Source of the DNA: Vibrio alginolyticus NBRC 15630 = ATCC 17749
Lineage (GTDB): Bacteria > Pseudomonadota > Gammaproteobacteria > Enterobacterales > Vibrionaceae
Direction of reading: 5' to 3'
Length of the DNA stretch: 32,000 nt
Assembly (NCBI RefSeq): GCF_000354175.2
Contig: NC_022349.1
Location: 2,490,001-2,522,000 of the forward strand
Shown: in pieces, positions 17,412 through 27,700 of the stretch
Layout: each line of letters begins with the position of its first letter
How positions within the stretch are numbered: position 1 is the first letter of the stretch
Program-made: the position numbers and the translations under genes
The notes under the pieces: generated by a model
The model's input: only the letters and a program-made list of their open reading frames with translations
Database searches by the model: none
Told to the model about the DNA's origin: nothing

Positions 17412-19514
17412 TGGGGTAAGCGCCGACTGATCTGCTGGGCGCTTATCTGTTTCACCTTCTTGCTCTGTCGGTGAGAGGGTTTGTTCTGCTGCGGAATTCG
17501 TGTCGGGTACTTCATCTTCTTCGATAACTTCTTCGTAAAGCTCTTCCTCTTGAGTCTCCAAATTGATGTTATCAATTACGATTGGCTGCTCGATGGAAGG
17601 TTCATTTTTCTGTGGAGTCTCAATATCAGTAGGCTCGGACAGTTTTGATGCGTTCACGCACTCATTACGGTGGGTTTCGCCACTTAGTAGATCGCCTTCA
17701 ATGTTTCCGCACGACTCTTCCAATTGATAAGTAATGCCACTTAGCGGGTTGTTGGCCATATCAAATGTTCCCCAAACCTTACCACTTATGGCTTTTCCTG
17801 AGATGGTGACCGGCTTTATGGCAACTTCCCCTCGTTGCGCGCTTAAACGCAGTGGACTTAAGGTAATGGCTTTGAGCGAATGATCCGCTTGGGACTTCAA
17901 GCGGGTATCTCGGAGATTGGCTTCCACTTCACCCGATAAGCTGTAGGCCAGCATGTTGCGATCACCTGATAACCCTTGTAGATCGAGGCTGAGATCGGAA
18001 AAACCATCAATAGCCAGTGTGTCGGGTAAAAAATAATCGTGGAAGAGCGATAAGGGAATACCATCAGCATTGACGTTGAGCGCCCAAGGTTGGCTCGGGG
18101 TACTCAAATCTATTTGTCCGATGCCTTCTACGTAGCCTTGCTCGAGTGGCGCAAAAAGGCGAGTCAATTGCCAAAAGCCATCTTTGCTTTGCATGGCAAG
18201 TGCTGCGTGAGACGTGAGTATTTGGTCATAGCTGGCGTTGACAACGCTGACTTCCAATTCGCCTTGCCAAAGGCCCCAACGTTGAGCCGACTGTTTAATA
18301 TCAAGCTGTTGCCCTTCGATATTTAAACCGGAAAGTTGCCAATAAGGTTCGTGAGATAGCTGGATAATTTGGCTGCGCTCAATGTCGAGTCGTTCGATTG
18401 CAACATGCTCTAACTCGCTGGTGGCGGCGTGCCACCAATTTAGGTTGTCTTCTGGCTGTGTTGCCCACTTGAGGCCTTGAATAGAGGCTTCTTTGAGCTT
18501 CCATTGTGTTGGCGTGAACAATCCAGAAACTTGCACTCGACCTTGCTGCCAATCTAAACTGAGCTCGTTGAGCTGGATTACTCCTGGCTCGATAGCGGCA
18601 CTCAAACGTGGCTCTATTGCGGTTTGCTGCTGGAATCGAACGCTATCCGCCTGCAATGACACTTGAGCTTTTGTCTTCCAGAGAGACAGTGGCAGTGTGG
18701 CGTTTTCCACAGAAAGATCCAAGTTCTGCCAGTGCCAGTCGCCCCATTCAATATCGGCGTTAAGCAAATCTAAGCTATTAATATGATTAATGTTAAATGG
18801 TAGATCGTGCCAAGGTTTTGCAAGCAGTGATTGGCGCTGCGTATTACTCAGTTTCAGCTTGTTGATGGTCACATTTACTAAAGACCAGCCTTGAGGATAC
18901 TGCTCCCCTTGCCCAGATATTTGACTGTTACGCCAGTTAAAAGAGGTGCCATAAAGCGTACTGTCTTGCGGTTTGTAGTCTATATCGATTAAGACTTGAT
19001 TAAAGGCTTCGCCATTCCAATAGAGTTGGTCAGCTGCAAGTTGAACTTCGCCATATGGTATTAATTGACCATTCCATTGTGGTGATTGAATTTGAAGGTC
19101 AATGCCATTGGCAGAGAACTGCTCGTCGGCGTAATCAATATTTTTGAGCGCGATTTGATGGAATAAAACGTTGTCTAAAGGTGGGAGCTTTGGTGCGCCA
19201 TACTGCAAGCTCATACCATCAATCAATAAACTATCAACGATCCATTTACCATCGCGATAAACATCGGGATTCATCCATAAATCGACTTGCTCGATGTAAG
19301 ACGCATCGTCTCCGCTGGTGTTCACGCGTTGTAAAGTTAGGTGATAGGGAAAGCCATAACGCACGCTTCCGGCCCGGAAGGGAAGAGAAAAGGTGTTTGA
19401 CAGCAAGCGCCAGGTTGCGTCCGCGTAAGATGTTGTTAGCAGCGCAATCGTAGCGGCTGGAATGGCAACTAAGATAACCAGTAACAGAAGTAGAACTCGA
19501 CGCGCTGTTTTCAT
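17397..19514 (-). CDS. Large membrane-anchored envelope protein, AsmA-like (tentative), with an acidic C-terminal tail
   Basis: 705 aa with an N-terminal TM anchor (VLLLLLVILVAIPAATIALL) and a long beta-rich region with Trp/Gln-rich repeats, as in AsmA-family proteins. About the last 100 aa are Glu/Pro/Thr/Ser-rich and low complexity. The family call is by resemblance only. Confidence 0.6.
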   Translation of the reverse strand: MKTARRVLLLLLVILVAIPAATIALLTTSYADATWRLLSNTFSLPFRAGSVRYGFPYHLTLQRVNTSGDDASYIEQVDLWMNPDVYRDGKWIVDSLLIDGMSLQYGAPKLPPLDNVLFHQIALKNIDYADEQFSANGIDLQIQSPQWNGQLIPYGEVQLAADQLYWNGEAFNQVLIDIDYKPQDSTLYGTSFNWRNSQISGQGEQYPQGWSLVNVTINKLKLSNTQRQSLLAKPWHDLPFNINHINSLDLLNADIEWGDWHWQNLDLSVENATLPLSLWKTKAQVSLQADSVRFQQQTAIEPRLSAAIEPGVIQLNELSLDWQQGRVQVSGLFTPTQWKLKEASIQGLKWATQPEDNLNWWHAATSELEHVAIERLDIERSQIIQLSHEPYWQLSGLNIEGQQLDIKQSAQRWGLWQGELEVSVVNASYDQILTSHAALAMQSKDGFWQLTRLFAPLEQGYVEGIGQIDLSTPSQPWALNVNADGIPLSLFHDYFLPDTLAIDGFSDLSLDLQGLSGDRNMLAYSLSGEVEANLRDTRLKSQADHSLKAITLSPLRLSAQRGEVAIKPVTISGKAISGKVWGTFDMANNPLSGITYQLEESCGNIEGDLLSGETHRNECVNASKLSEPTDIETPQKNEPSIEQPIVIDNINLETQEEELYEEVIEEDEVPDTNSAAEQTLSPTEQEGETDKRPADQSALTPSATE

Positions 19515-19591
19515 CTTTGCTAGAACCTACGTGTGTTATGAAATAAAACTAGATAGGCTTTAGCTTGTATCAATATTCTGTGGTATTCAAT

Positions 19592-19615
19592 AAAAAGCCC
19601 CTCAAAAGAGGGGCT
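19592..19615 (-). terminator. Rho-independent terminator downstream of pckA
   Basis: The minus strand reads AGCCCCTCttttGAGGGGCTttttt, about 90 nt after the pckA stop. Confidence 0.8.
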
Positions 19616-19704
19616 TGAAGCAATTTTTGTAACTTGGCCTACGTAAAGGTGATAAGTTAATGCCAACTTTTCACTGCGTTTACGCGACGTCGCTGTTACT
19701 CGAT

Positions 19705-21333
19705 TTAATCAATCTGAGGACCAGCCGCAACCAGGGATTTACCTTCAGCGTTGTCTGTGTATTTATCAAAGTTATTGATAAAGCGCGCTGCTAAATCTTT
19801 CGCTTTGCTTTCCCACTGAAGTGGGTCAACGTACGTGTCGCGAGGGTCTAGAATGCTAGGATCCACACCTGGTAGTGAAGTCGGTACTTCAAGATTGAAG
19901 ATAGGAATGTGCTTAGTTGGTGCATCTTCAATCGAACCATCAAGAATCGCATCAATAATTCCGCGCGTATCTTGAATCGAGATACGTTTGCCAGTGCCGT
20001 TCCAACCTGTGTTCACTAGGTAAGCCTCAGCGCCTGCTGCTTCCATGCGTTTAACCAGTACTTCTGCGTATTTAGTTGGGTGAAGCGTTAGGAACGCCGC
20101 GCCGAAACAAGCAGAGAAAGTTGGTGTTGGCTCAGTAATACCGCGCTCTGTTCCCGCTAGTTTGGCGGTAAAGCCAGACAGGAAGTGGTACTTAGTTTGC
20201 TCAGGTGTCAATTTAGATACTGGAGGCAGTACGCCAAATGCATCGGCTGATAGGAAGATCACTTTATTCGCGTGACCGCCTTTTGATACTGGCTTAACGA
20301 TATTATCGATATGGTAGATAGGGTAAGAAACACGTGTGTTTTCTGTTTTCGAACCATCATCAAAGTCGATAGAGCCATCGCCACGTACTGTTACGTTTTC
20401 TAGCAGTGCATCACGACGAATTGCGTTGTAGATGTCCGGCTCCGCTTCTTTCGAAAGTTTGATGGTTTTTGCGTAACAACCACCTTCGAAGTTGAAGACA
20501 CCGTCATCATCCCAGCCGTGCTCATCATCACCAATTAGCGCACGTTTAGGATCAGTCGACAGGGTCGTTTTACCCGTACCAGATAGACCGAAGAATACCG
20601 CTACATCGCCATCTTTGCCCATGTTAGCGCTACAGTGCATTGATGCGATGTCTTTTAGTGGAAGGAAGTAGTTCATCATGGCGAACATACCTTTCTTCAT
20701 TTCACCGCCGTACCAAGTACCACCGATAAGTTGCATGCGCTCGGTTAGGTTAAATACGGTGAAGTTTTCTGAGTTCAGGCCTTGCTCTTCCCATTTTGGA
20801 TTAGTGCATTTTGCGCCATTCATTACTACGAAGTCTGGTTCAAATGTCGCTAACTCTTCTTCTGTCGGGCGAATAAACATGTTTTTAACGAAGTGCGCTT
20901 GCCATGCGACTTCTGTGATAACACGAATGCTCAAACGTGTATCTGGGTTTGCACCACAGTAACCGTCAACAACAAACAAGCGTTTGTTAGAAAGCTGGTT
21001 TGTGACCAGTTCTTTTAGCTCGTCCCACACTTCAGGAGTGATTGGCTTGTTATCATTTTTCACTTGATCAGACGTCCACCACATATGTTCTTCTGTCGTA
21101 GCGTCTTTGACGATGTATTTATCTTTTGGTGAGCGACCAGTAAAGATGCCAGTGTCAACGGCAACCGCACCTAGTTCAGTAACCACGCCGCGCTCATAAC
21201 CGGTTAGGTCTTCACGCGTTTCTTCCTCAAACAACATTTCGTAGCTTGGGTTGCGAATAACCTCTTTTACGTTATGCAGTCCGTGCTTGGTTAGATCAAG
21301 TGTTGCAGCCTTAGTATGTTCCATAACGGTCAT
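19705..21333 (-). CDS. pckA: Phosphoenolpyruvate carboxykinase (ATP)
   Basis: 542 aa, near-identical in blocks to E. coli PckA ([11 protein letters not shown] kinase-1a, [20 protein letters not shown]). Confidence 0.98.
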   Translation of the reverse strand: MTVMEHTKAATLDLTKHGLHNVKEVIRNPSYEMLFEEETREDLTGYERGVVTELGAVAVDTGIFTGRSPKDKYIVKDATTEEHMWWTSDQVKNDNKPITPEVWDELKELVTNQLSNKRLFVVDGYCGANPDTRLSIRVITEVAWQAHFVKNMFIRPTEEELATFEPDFVVMNGAKCTNPKWEEQGLNSENFTVFNLTERMQLIGGTWYGGEMKKGMFAMMNYFLPLKDIASMHCSANMGKDGDVAVFFGLSGTGKTTLSTDPKRALIGDDEHGWDDDGVFNFEGGCYAKTIKLSKEAEPDIYNAIRRDALLENVTVRGDGSIDFDDGSKTENTRVSYPIYHIDNIVKPVSKGGHANKVIFLSADAFGVLPPVSKLTPEQTKYHFLSGFTAKLAGTERGITEPTPTFSACFGAAFLTLHPTKYAEVLVKRMEAAGAEAYLVNTGWNGTGKRISIQDTRGIIDAILDGSIEDAPTKHIPIFNLEVPTSLPGVDPSILDPRDTYVDPLQWESKAKDLAARFINNFDKYTDNAEGKSLVAAGPQID

Positions 21334-21605
21334 AGGTGCTCCTTATAAGGATTTTGTAGGGATTTTGTAAGAATGTTTTAATTTTAATCTGCTCACCATG
21401 CTAGCAACGGGGCGGGGAGAAAACAGGGAGATAGCTCAAAATTTACCCATGATTTCAATAAGGCTTTAGGTAACCCGTCACATATTGGTGGGAATAGTCT
21501 ATCGTGCACGCAATCCTTTGCGCTAGGGCAAAATCATTATTAATTGTTTAAAATTAAGCAGTTGTTTTATTACGCTTGAGGCTAGTTATTACGAGGGGTT
21601 GATCA

Positions 21606-21635
21606 CAAAAAGGCCAGCATTAAGCTGGCCTTTTG
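21606..21635 (-). terminator. Rho-independent terminator of hslO
   Basis: aaaaaGGCCAGCattaaGCTGGCCtttt: a 7-bp GC stem with A and T tracts on both sides, 35 nt after the hslO stop. Confidence 0.8.
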
Positions 21636-21669
21636 TAGGGTAAATTACGTGCTTGATAAGCTATGTAAA

Positions 21670-22545
21670 TTAATGCAGGGTTTTCTTGTCCGTAGAAGCT
21701 TGTGCATACAGTTCAGTGACTTCAGATTCGTCGAACGTATAAGTTGTGCCACAGTAATCACAATGTAAAGAAACTGATCCAACTTCTGCCAAAATGTCAT
21801 AAATTTCAGCTTTCTCAACGGTGATGATTGCGGCACCGCTACGCTCACGAGAACAGCCACAATGGAACTCGACAGGTTGCGGCTCGTACAGACGTACTTT
21901 GTCTTGGTTATATAGTCGATACAATAACTCGTTCGCTTCTAAACCAAACAATTCTTCATCTTTTACTGTGTCAGTGAGCTGCTCTAGATGTTCGAAATCA
22001 TCTGGAGAGCCAGTGCCGTCAGGGATCACTTGAATCAACATACCTGCTGCGTGTGCTTTGCCTTCATGCTCACCAGTGCGGATCCATAGGCGCGTTTTTA
22101 ACTGCTCTGAGTTTGCAAAGTAGCCTTCTAGCACTTCTGCTAAAGTGTCACCTTCTAGTCCAACGACGCCTTGGTAACGCTCGCCGTTTTTCGGTTCGAT
22201 GGTGATCACAAGGTAGCCCTTACCCATTAGATCGTGAATGTTTGCGTCATCGGCAACATCGCCTTCCCAGCGAGCTACGCCACGAACACGTTGGTTATGG
22301 TCACCGTTGATAACGGCAAGAGACACAGGACCGTCGCCTTGTAGCTGGATGGTGATCGAACCTTCGAACTTAAGAGTGGCAGTTAAAAGAGTAGTTGAAA
22401 CGAGTAGCTCACCCAGCAGTTTCTCTATTGCTGCCGGATATTCCTTGCTGGAGATAACACGTTGGTACGCTTCATCCAATTGTACCAACTCGCCACGTAC
22501 TGAAAGATCTTCGAATAGGTAGCGGTTTAAAACATTATTTGCCAT
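21670..22545 (-). CDS. hslO: Redox-regulated chaperone Hsp33
   Basis: Start at ATG 22545 ([21 protein letters not shown]). The C-terminal zinc centre is CGCSRER...CDYCGTTY. The ORF-track extension to 22701 overlaps hslR in another frame. Confidence 0.93.
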   Translation of the reverse strand: MANNVLNRYLFEDLSVRGELVQLDEAYQRVISSKEYPAAIEKLLGELLVSTTLLTATLKFEGSITIQLQGDGPVSLAVINGDHNQRVRGVARWEGDVADDANIHDLMGKGYLVITIEPKNGERYQGVVGLEGDTLAEVLEGYFANSEQLKTRLWIRTGEHEGKAHAAGMLIQVIPDGTGSPDDFEHLEQLTDTVKDEELFGLEANELLYRLYNQDKVRLYEPQPVEFHCGCSRERSGAAIITVEKAEIYDILAEVGSVSLHCDYCGTTYTFDESEVTELYAQASTDKKTLH

Positions 22546-22576
22546 GGAGTGCTTTCCTCGTTGGTAATTCCGGCTT

Positions 22577-22963
22577 TTATTGGTGTTTGAACTTAATGAT
22601 GTCTCGGCGCTGCTTTTTATCTGGGCGGCGTTCCGGACTTGGGTTGTGGGCATTAAGCTTACGTTGAGTCGCGTGTTCCTCACGTTTCGCGATACTCTCA
22701 TTGGTTTCGCGATATAAGGTTTGTGCGATGGGAGCGCCTCGGCGTTGATCTGAGATTTGTTCGATTATCACGATTTTTTCTTCGTTGCCTTGACGAAGTC
22801 TGACTTCAGCGCCCACTTCAACGATTTTACTCGGCTTGCTTCGTTGGCCATTATAGTGGACTTTACCGCCATCGACCATGTTACGCGCGATGGAGCGGGT
22901 TTTGTAAAATCTTGCGGCCCATAGCCATTTATCTAGCCTAACGGCTTCATTTAGGGAACTCAT
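22577..22963 (-). CDS. hslR: Ribosome-associated heat shock protein Hsp15 (S4 domain)
   Basis: 128 aa with the S4 motif [17 protein letters not shown] and a basic C-terminal tail. Immediately upstream of hslO, as in E. coli. Confidence 0.9.
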   Translation of the reverse strand: MSSLNEAVRLDKWLWAARFYKTRSIARNMVDGGKVHYNGQRSKPSKIVEVGAEVRLRQGNEEKIVIIEQISDQRRGAPIAQTLYRETNESIAKREEHATQRKLNAHNPSPERRPDKKQRRDIIKFKHQ

Positions 22964-23025
22964 AGAACACTACGCTATCTAATCACTGCCCGAATACGGC
23001 AATGAGTGATGGATTATTCACCTAC

Positions 23026-23056
23026 AGATGGAGTCAAGGCGTATTTTTTTCAAGGG
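23026..23056 (-). promoter_or_regulatory. sigma32-type heat-shock promoter for hslR-hslO
   Basis: The minus strand reads CCCTTGAA-N15-CTCCATCT, against the consensus CCCTTGAA-N13-17-CCCCATNT. It lies about 60 nt upstream of the hslR ATG. Confidence 0.6.
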
Positions 23057-23216
23057 AGTTGGCAAAAACTGCATAAGAAAAAGGTATGAAAGACAACTTG
23101 TGATATAGTTCACTGCTCTTTGTTGAGTAATAATTTTATTGCAAATTTAGCAATTTAAAGTCGATAGCTATCGTTATAGCTTAAATGACGGACGTTAGAA
23201 TAAAGGAATCCATTCA

Positions 23217-24143
23217 GTGAAACGTTTAGAGCTAAGTGCAGGATTATCAAGCAGACCGCTACTGGCTCAGATCAAGTCCAATCATTATACCATTCAAGCC
23301 AAACTTAGCTTGTTGCTTACCTGTCTGTTTATTGCGATAACCGGATGGATACTTGGCAAAATTGTGTGGTTAGCCATACCTCAATCGTCGGAAGTGCCGC
23401 AATGGCGTCCATCGGCGAGTAGCGTTGCTGCGAGCAATAAAGGCGACGCGATAGATTTTAATGCCCTTCAGAATGCCAACCTATTCGGTAAATACACTGA
23501 GCAAAAAGCGGTGGTTGTAGAACAGCCTATTGTTAAAGACGCCCCTAAGACGCGCCTTAACCTCACCCTAGTCGGTGCGGTTGCCAGCAGTGATGCCAAT
23601 ACCAGCCTTGCTGTTATTGCTAACCGAGGTAAGCAAGCTACGTACGGTTTGGGTGAAGAAATCGAAGGGACACGTGCGACGCTAAAAGCGGTATTGGTGG
23701 ATCGCGTCATCATTGATAACCAAGGTCGAGACGAGACCTTAATGATGCAAGGTATAGAATATAAGAAGCTATCTGAATCGCCGCAGGTAGCTAGGGCGCA
23801 AGCTCAGCGAGCAGAAGCAGCGACGTCTGACGTTGGAGAGAAATTAGAGCAAATCCGCGAAGAAATTGCGAAAGATCCACAAAGCGTTTTTAAATACATC
23901 ACCATTTCACCCGTCAAAAAAGACGGAGACATTGTTGGTTATCGAGTATCACCTGGTCGTGATGCCGCATTATTTAATGATGTAGGGCTACAACCTGGTG
24001 ATATTGCGGTTCAACTGAACGGGATCGATTTAAGTGATCCGTCTTCTTCAGTACAACTGATGCAAGTGATGAGCGATCCGCAAGAATTAAATTTAACTGT
24101 TGAGCGAGACGGCCAACAGTACGATATCTATATCCAATTGTAA
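23217..24143 (+). CDS. gspC: Type II secretion system protein C (EpsC/GspC)
   Basis: 308 aa with a GTG start. It has one TM helix (LLLTCLFIAITGWILGKIVW), an HR-like region and a C-terminal PDZ-like segment (GYRVSPGRDAALFNDVGLQPGDIAVQLNG). First gene of the gsp cluster. Confidence 0.85.
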   Translation: MKRLELSAGLSSRPLLAQIKSNHYTIQAKLSLLLTCLFIAITGWILGKIVWLAIPQSSEVPQWRPSASSVAASNKGDAIDFNALQNANLFGKYTEQKAVVVEQPIVKDAPKTRLNLTLVGAVASSDANTSLAVIANRGKQATYGLGEEIEGTRATLKAVLVDRVIIDNQGRDETLMMQGIEYKKLSESPQVARAQAQRAEAATSDVGEKLEQIREEIAKDPQSVFKYITISPVKKDGDIVGYRVSPGRDAALFNDVGLQPGDIAVQLNGIDLSDPSSSVQLMQVMSDPQELNLTVERDGQQYDIYIQL

Positions 24144-24179
24144 GACTTAGGCAACCGGCGTAAGTTCAGGGAGACATAC

Positions 24180-26198
24180 GTGAAACATTGGTTCAGCAAA
24201 AGTGCTTGGCTACTAGCAGGAAGTTTACTCTGCGTACCAGGTGCAATGGCAAACGAATTTAGTGCGAGCTTTAAAGGCACTGATATTCAAGAATTCATCA
24301 ACATAGTGGGTCGTAACCTCGAAAAGACCATCATTGTTGATCCTTCAGTACGCGGTAAGATCGATGTCCGCAGCTATGACGTACTTAACGAAGAGCAATA
24401 CTACAGCTTTTTCCTTAATGTCCTTGAAGTATACGGTTACGCAGTCGTAGAAATGGACAATGGGGTACTTAAGGTTATCAAAGCAAAAGACTCAAAAACC
24501 TCAGCAATCCCTGTGTTAGGTGATGGCAGCGCGCAAGGCGATAGTGTTATCACTCGAGTTGTCGCGGTGCGTAATGTGTCGGTTCGAGAGTTGTCTCCTC
24601 TACTTCGTCAGCTGATTGATAACGCCGGTGCCGGTAACGTGGTTCATTATGATCCAGCGAATATTATCTTGATCACTGGTCGTGCGGCAGTAGTGAATCG
24701 CTTAGCAGAGATCATCAAGCGTGTTGACCAAGCCGGTGATAAAGAAATTGAATTGGTGGAGCTGCGTAATGCATCTGCTGCTGAAATGGTACGCATTGTC
24801 GAAGCACTGAATAAAAGTGCGAATCAGAAAAGCACGCCAGAGTTCCTTGAACCTAAAATTGTGGCCGATGAACGTACTAACGCGATTTTAATTTCTGGTG
24901 ATCCAAAAGTAAGAGCCCGCTTGAAACGTTTAATTCGTCAACTTGATGTTGAAATGGCGACAAAAGGTAACAACCGAGTCGTGTACCTGAAAAATGCGAA
25001 AGCTGAAGACTTGGTGGATGTATTGAAAGGTGTTTCCGATAACCTGCAAGCTGAAAAGCAAGCCGGTCAGAAAACATCAGGTGCATCGCGTGGTGAGGTC
25101 GTCATTGCTGCTCACGCTGCAACTAACTCGTTAGTTTTAACAGCGCCACCAGATATTATGATGGCATTACAAGACGTCATTTCTCAACTCGATATTCGTC
25201 GTGCTCAGGTTCTTATTGAAGCGTTAATTGTCGAAATGTCTGAAGGTGATGGTATTAACCTAGGTGTTCAGTGGGGTTCATTAGAAACGGGTGCTGTAAT
25301 TCAGTACGGTAACTCAGGAGCCCCGATTGGTCAGGTGATGGTTGGTCTAGAAGAAGCAAAAGATCAAACCCGAACTGAATACTATACCAACTCTAATGGC
25401 GAACGAACGCCATATGATGTTACTGAATCAGGTGACTACTCTACGCTAGCGTCAGCACTTAGCGGAGTAAATGGTGCGGCAATGAGTATTGTCATGGGTG
25501 ACTGGACAGCGCTAATTAGTGCTGTTGCTTCTGACTCCAACTCAAACATTCTATCTTCGCCGAGTATTACCGTAATGGATAATGGCGAAGCATCATTTAT
25601 TGTGGGTGAAGAGGTTCCGGTTATTACGGGCTCTACGGCTGGCTCAAACAACGACAATCCATTCCAAACGGTTGACCGTAAAGAAGTCGGTATCAAACTC
25701 AAAGTAGTGCCACAAATTAACGAAGGTGACTCTGTACAGTTAAACATTGAACAAGAAGTTTCCAACGTATTAGGCGCAAACGGTGCGGTTGACGTTCGCT
25801 TTGCTAAACGACAGTTAAACACCTCTGTCATGATCCAAGATGGTCAGATGTTGGTTCTTGGTGGTTTGGTCGATGAACGCGCACTTGAAAGTGAGTCCAA
25901 AGTGCCGCTATTGGGTGACATTCCGGTACTTGGCCATCTGTTCAAGTCAACTAGCACGCAAACAGAAAAACGTAACTTGATGGTGTTCATCAAGCCGACG
26001 ATTATTCGCGATGGTGTGACGGCCGACGGTATTACGCAGCGTAAATACAACTTTATTCGCGCAGAACAGCTTTACAAAGCGGATCAAGGGTTGAAGTTGA
26101 TGGCTGACGAGAAGATCCCGGTTATGCCTGCCTTTGGCCAGGAGCGTCAGCACCCAACAGAGATTCAAGCGTTTATTGATCAAATGGAAAACAACTAA
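24180..26198 (+). CDS. gspD: Type II secretion system secretin (EpsD/GspD)
   Basis: 672 aa with a signal peptide, N0-N3 domains and a secretin core ([28 protein letters not shown]). Confidence 0.96.
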   Translation: MKHWFSKSAWLLAGSLLCVPGAMANEFSASFKGTDIQEFINIVGRNLEKTIIVDPSVRGKIDVRSYDVLNEEQYYSFFLNVLEVYGYAVVEMDNGVLKVIKAKDSKTSAIPVLGDGSAQGDSVITRVVAVRNVSVRELSPLLRQLIDNAGAGNVVHYDPANIILITGRAAVVNRLAEIIKRVDQAGDKEIELVELRNASAAEMVRIVEALNKSANQKSTPEFLEPKIVADERTNAILISGDPKVRARLKRLIRQLDVEMATKGNNRVVYLKNAKAEDLVDVLKGVSDNLQAEKQAGQKTSGASRGEVVIAAHAATNSLVLTAPPDIMMALQDVISQLDIRRAQVLIEALIVEMSEGDGINLGVQWGSLETGAVIQYGNSGAPIGQVMVGLEEAKDQTRTEYYTNSNGERTPYDVTESGDYSTLASALSGVNGAAMSIVMGDWTALISAVASDSNSNILSSPSITVMDNGEASFIVGEEVPVITGSTAGSNNDNPFQTVDRKEVGIKLKVVPQINEGDSVQLNIEQEVSNVLGANGAVDVRFAKRQLNTSVMIQDGQMLVLGGLVDERALESESKVPLLGDIPVLGHLFKSTSTQTEKRNLMVFIKPTIIRDGVTADGITQRKYNFIRAEQLYKADQGLKLMADEKIPVMPAFGQERQHPTEIQAFIDQMENN

Positions 26199-27700
26199 TG
26201 GTTGATATGTTAGACACAGCGCCAAGTATGCGTCGTCTGCCATTCAGTTTTGCCAACCGCTTTAAACTGGTGCTGGAGACAGAGCATCCTGAGCGTCCAC
26301 CTATTCTTTACTATGTCGAGCCGCTTAACCCTGCGGCTCTGGTTGAAGTCCGTCGTGTATTAAAGAAAAGCTTCGTACCACAACCTATCGATAAAGAAGC
26401 CTTTGATAAAAAGCTGACCGAAGCATATCAACGTGACTCGTCTGAAGCGCGTCAGTTGATGGAAGATATTGGTGCTGATAGCGATGATTTCTTCTCTTTG
26501 GCTGAAGAACTGCCGCACGATGAAGACTTATTAGAATCGGAAGACGATGCGCCAATCATCAAATTGATCAACGCCATGTTGGGCGAAGCGATCAAAGAAG
26601 GTGCTTCGGATATTCATATTGAGACGTTCGAGAAAACCCTTTCGATTCGTTTCCGTGTCGATGGCGTATTGCGTGAAGTCCTGACTCCAAGCCGTAAGCT
26701 AGCGCCTTTGCTAGTTTCTCGTGTGAAGGTTATGGCTAAACTAGATATCGCAGAAAAGCGTGTGCCTCAAGATGGCCGTATTTCGTTGCGTATCGGTGGT
26801 CGTGCGGTGGACGTGCGTGTATCTACGATGCCGTCCTCACATGGTGAGCGCGTGGTAATGCGTTTGTTGGATAAAAACGCGACTCGTCTTGATTTACATA
26901 GTTTGGGCATGACACCTTCAGTGCATGACAACTTCCGTCACTTGATTGGCCGCCCTCACGGTATCATCTTGGTGACGGGCCCGACAGGTTCTGGTAAATC
27001 CACCACCTTGTATGCTGGCTTGCAAGAGATCAATAGCAACGAGCGCAACATTCTAACGGTTGAAGACCCGATCGAATTTGATATTGATGGCATCGGTCAA
27101 ACTCAGGTGAACCCAAAGGTCGACATGACTTTTGCGCGTGGTTTGCGTGCCATTCTGCGTCAGGACCCGGATGTGGTGATGGTCGGTGAGATCCGTGACT
27201 TAGAAACCGCACAAATTGCAGTGCAAGCGTCCTTAACGGGTCACTTGGTAATGTCTACTCTCCACACCAACACCGCAGTGGGTGCGATTACGCGTCTACG
27301 TGATATGGGTATTGAGCCATTCCTTATTTCTTCTTCGTTATTAGGGGTGCTAGCGCAGCGCTTAGTTCGAACGCTTTGTCCAAGCTGTAAAGAGCCGTAT
27401 GAAGCCGATGCTGAACAGAAGAAACTGTTTGGTATGGAAGCGCATGAACCACTAGAGCTACACCGTGCTAAAGGCTGCGAAGCGTGTAACCAAAAAGGTT
27501 ACCGAGGTCGAACAGGTATCCACGAGCTCATTATGGTCGATGAGCAAGTGCAAGAATTGATTCACCGAGAGTCTGGTGAGCAAGAAATTGAGAGAGCCGT
27601 TCGCGCCCATACGCCAAGTATTCGCAGTGATGGTCTAAGCAAAGTACGTCGTGGTATTACGTCACTTGAAGAAGTGATGCGAGTGACGAAGGAAACCTAA
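26198..27700 (+). CDS. gspE: Type II secretion ATPase (EpsE/GspE)
   Basis: 500 aa with [11 protein letters not shown] at the N-terminus, Walker [10 protein letters not shown], and tetracysteine CPSC...CEAC. TAATG overlap with gspD. Confidence 0.97.
   Translation: MVDMLDTAPSMRRLPFSFANRFKLVLETEHPERPPILYYVEPLNPAALVEVRRVLKKSFVPQPIDKEAFDKKLTEAYQRDSSEARQLMEDIGADSDDFFSLAEELPHDEDLLESEDDAPIIKLINAMLGEAIKEGASDIHIETFEKTLSIRFRVDGVLREVLTPSRKLAPLLVSRVKVMAKLDIAEKRVPQDGRISLRIGGRAVDVRVSTMPSSHGERVVMRLLDKNATRLDLHSLGMTPSVHDNFRHLIGRPHGIILVTGPTGSGKSTTLYAGLQEINSNERNILTVEDPIEFDIDGIGQTQVNPKVDMTFARGLRAILRQDPDVVMVGEIRDLETAQIAVQASLTGHLVMSTLHTNTAVGAITRLRDMGIEPFLISSSLLGVLAQRLVRTLCPSCKEPYEADAEQKKLFGMEAHEPLELHRAKGCEACNQKGYRGRTGIHELIMVDEQVQELIHRESGEQEIERAVRAHTPSIRSDGLSKVRRGITSLEEVMRVTKET

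Noticed and set aside
21471-21488. A CRP site upstream of pckA (TGTGA on the minus strand).
   Set aside because: Only one good half-site is present (TGTGA-N6-ACCTA). The second half is too degenerate to call without binding data.
22546-22701. The 52-codon N-terminal extension of hslO (the 343-aa ORF).
   Set aside because: It overlaps the 3' part of hslR in another frame and is Arg/Ser/Asn-rich nonsense sequence. Hsp33 homology begins at [11 protein letters not shown] (ATG 22545).
23059-23074. A sigma54-like TTGGCAAAAACTGCAT upstream of gspC on the + strand.
   Set aside because: The GG and GC elements are separated by 8 nt rather than the required 10 nt, so the -24/-12 geometry is wrong.
25436-26243. 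Minus-strand ORFs of 131, 68 and 98 aa inside gspD/gspE. Similar antisense ORFs occur at 27657-27911, 29668-29979, 30189-30554 and 31563-31982.
   Set aside because: All lie antisense to strongly supported T2SS genes. They have no recognisable motifs, and their compositions mirror the sense-strand codon bias, so they are shadow ORFs.
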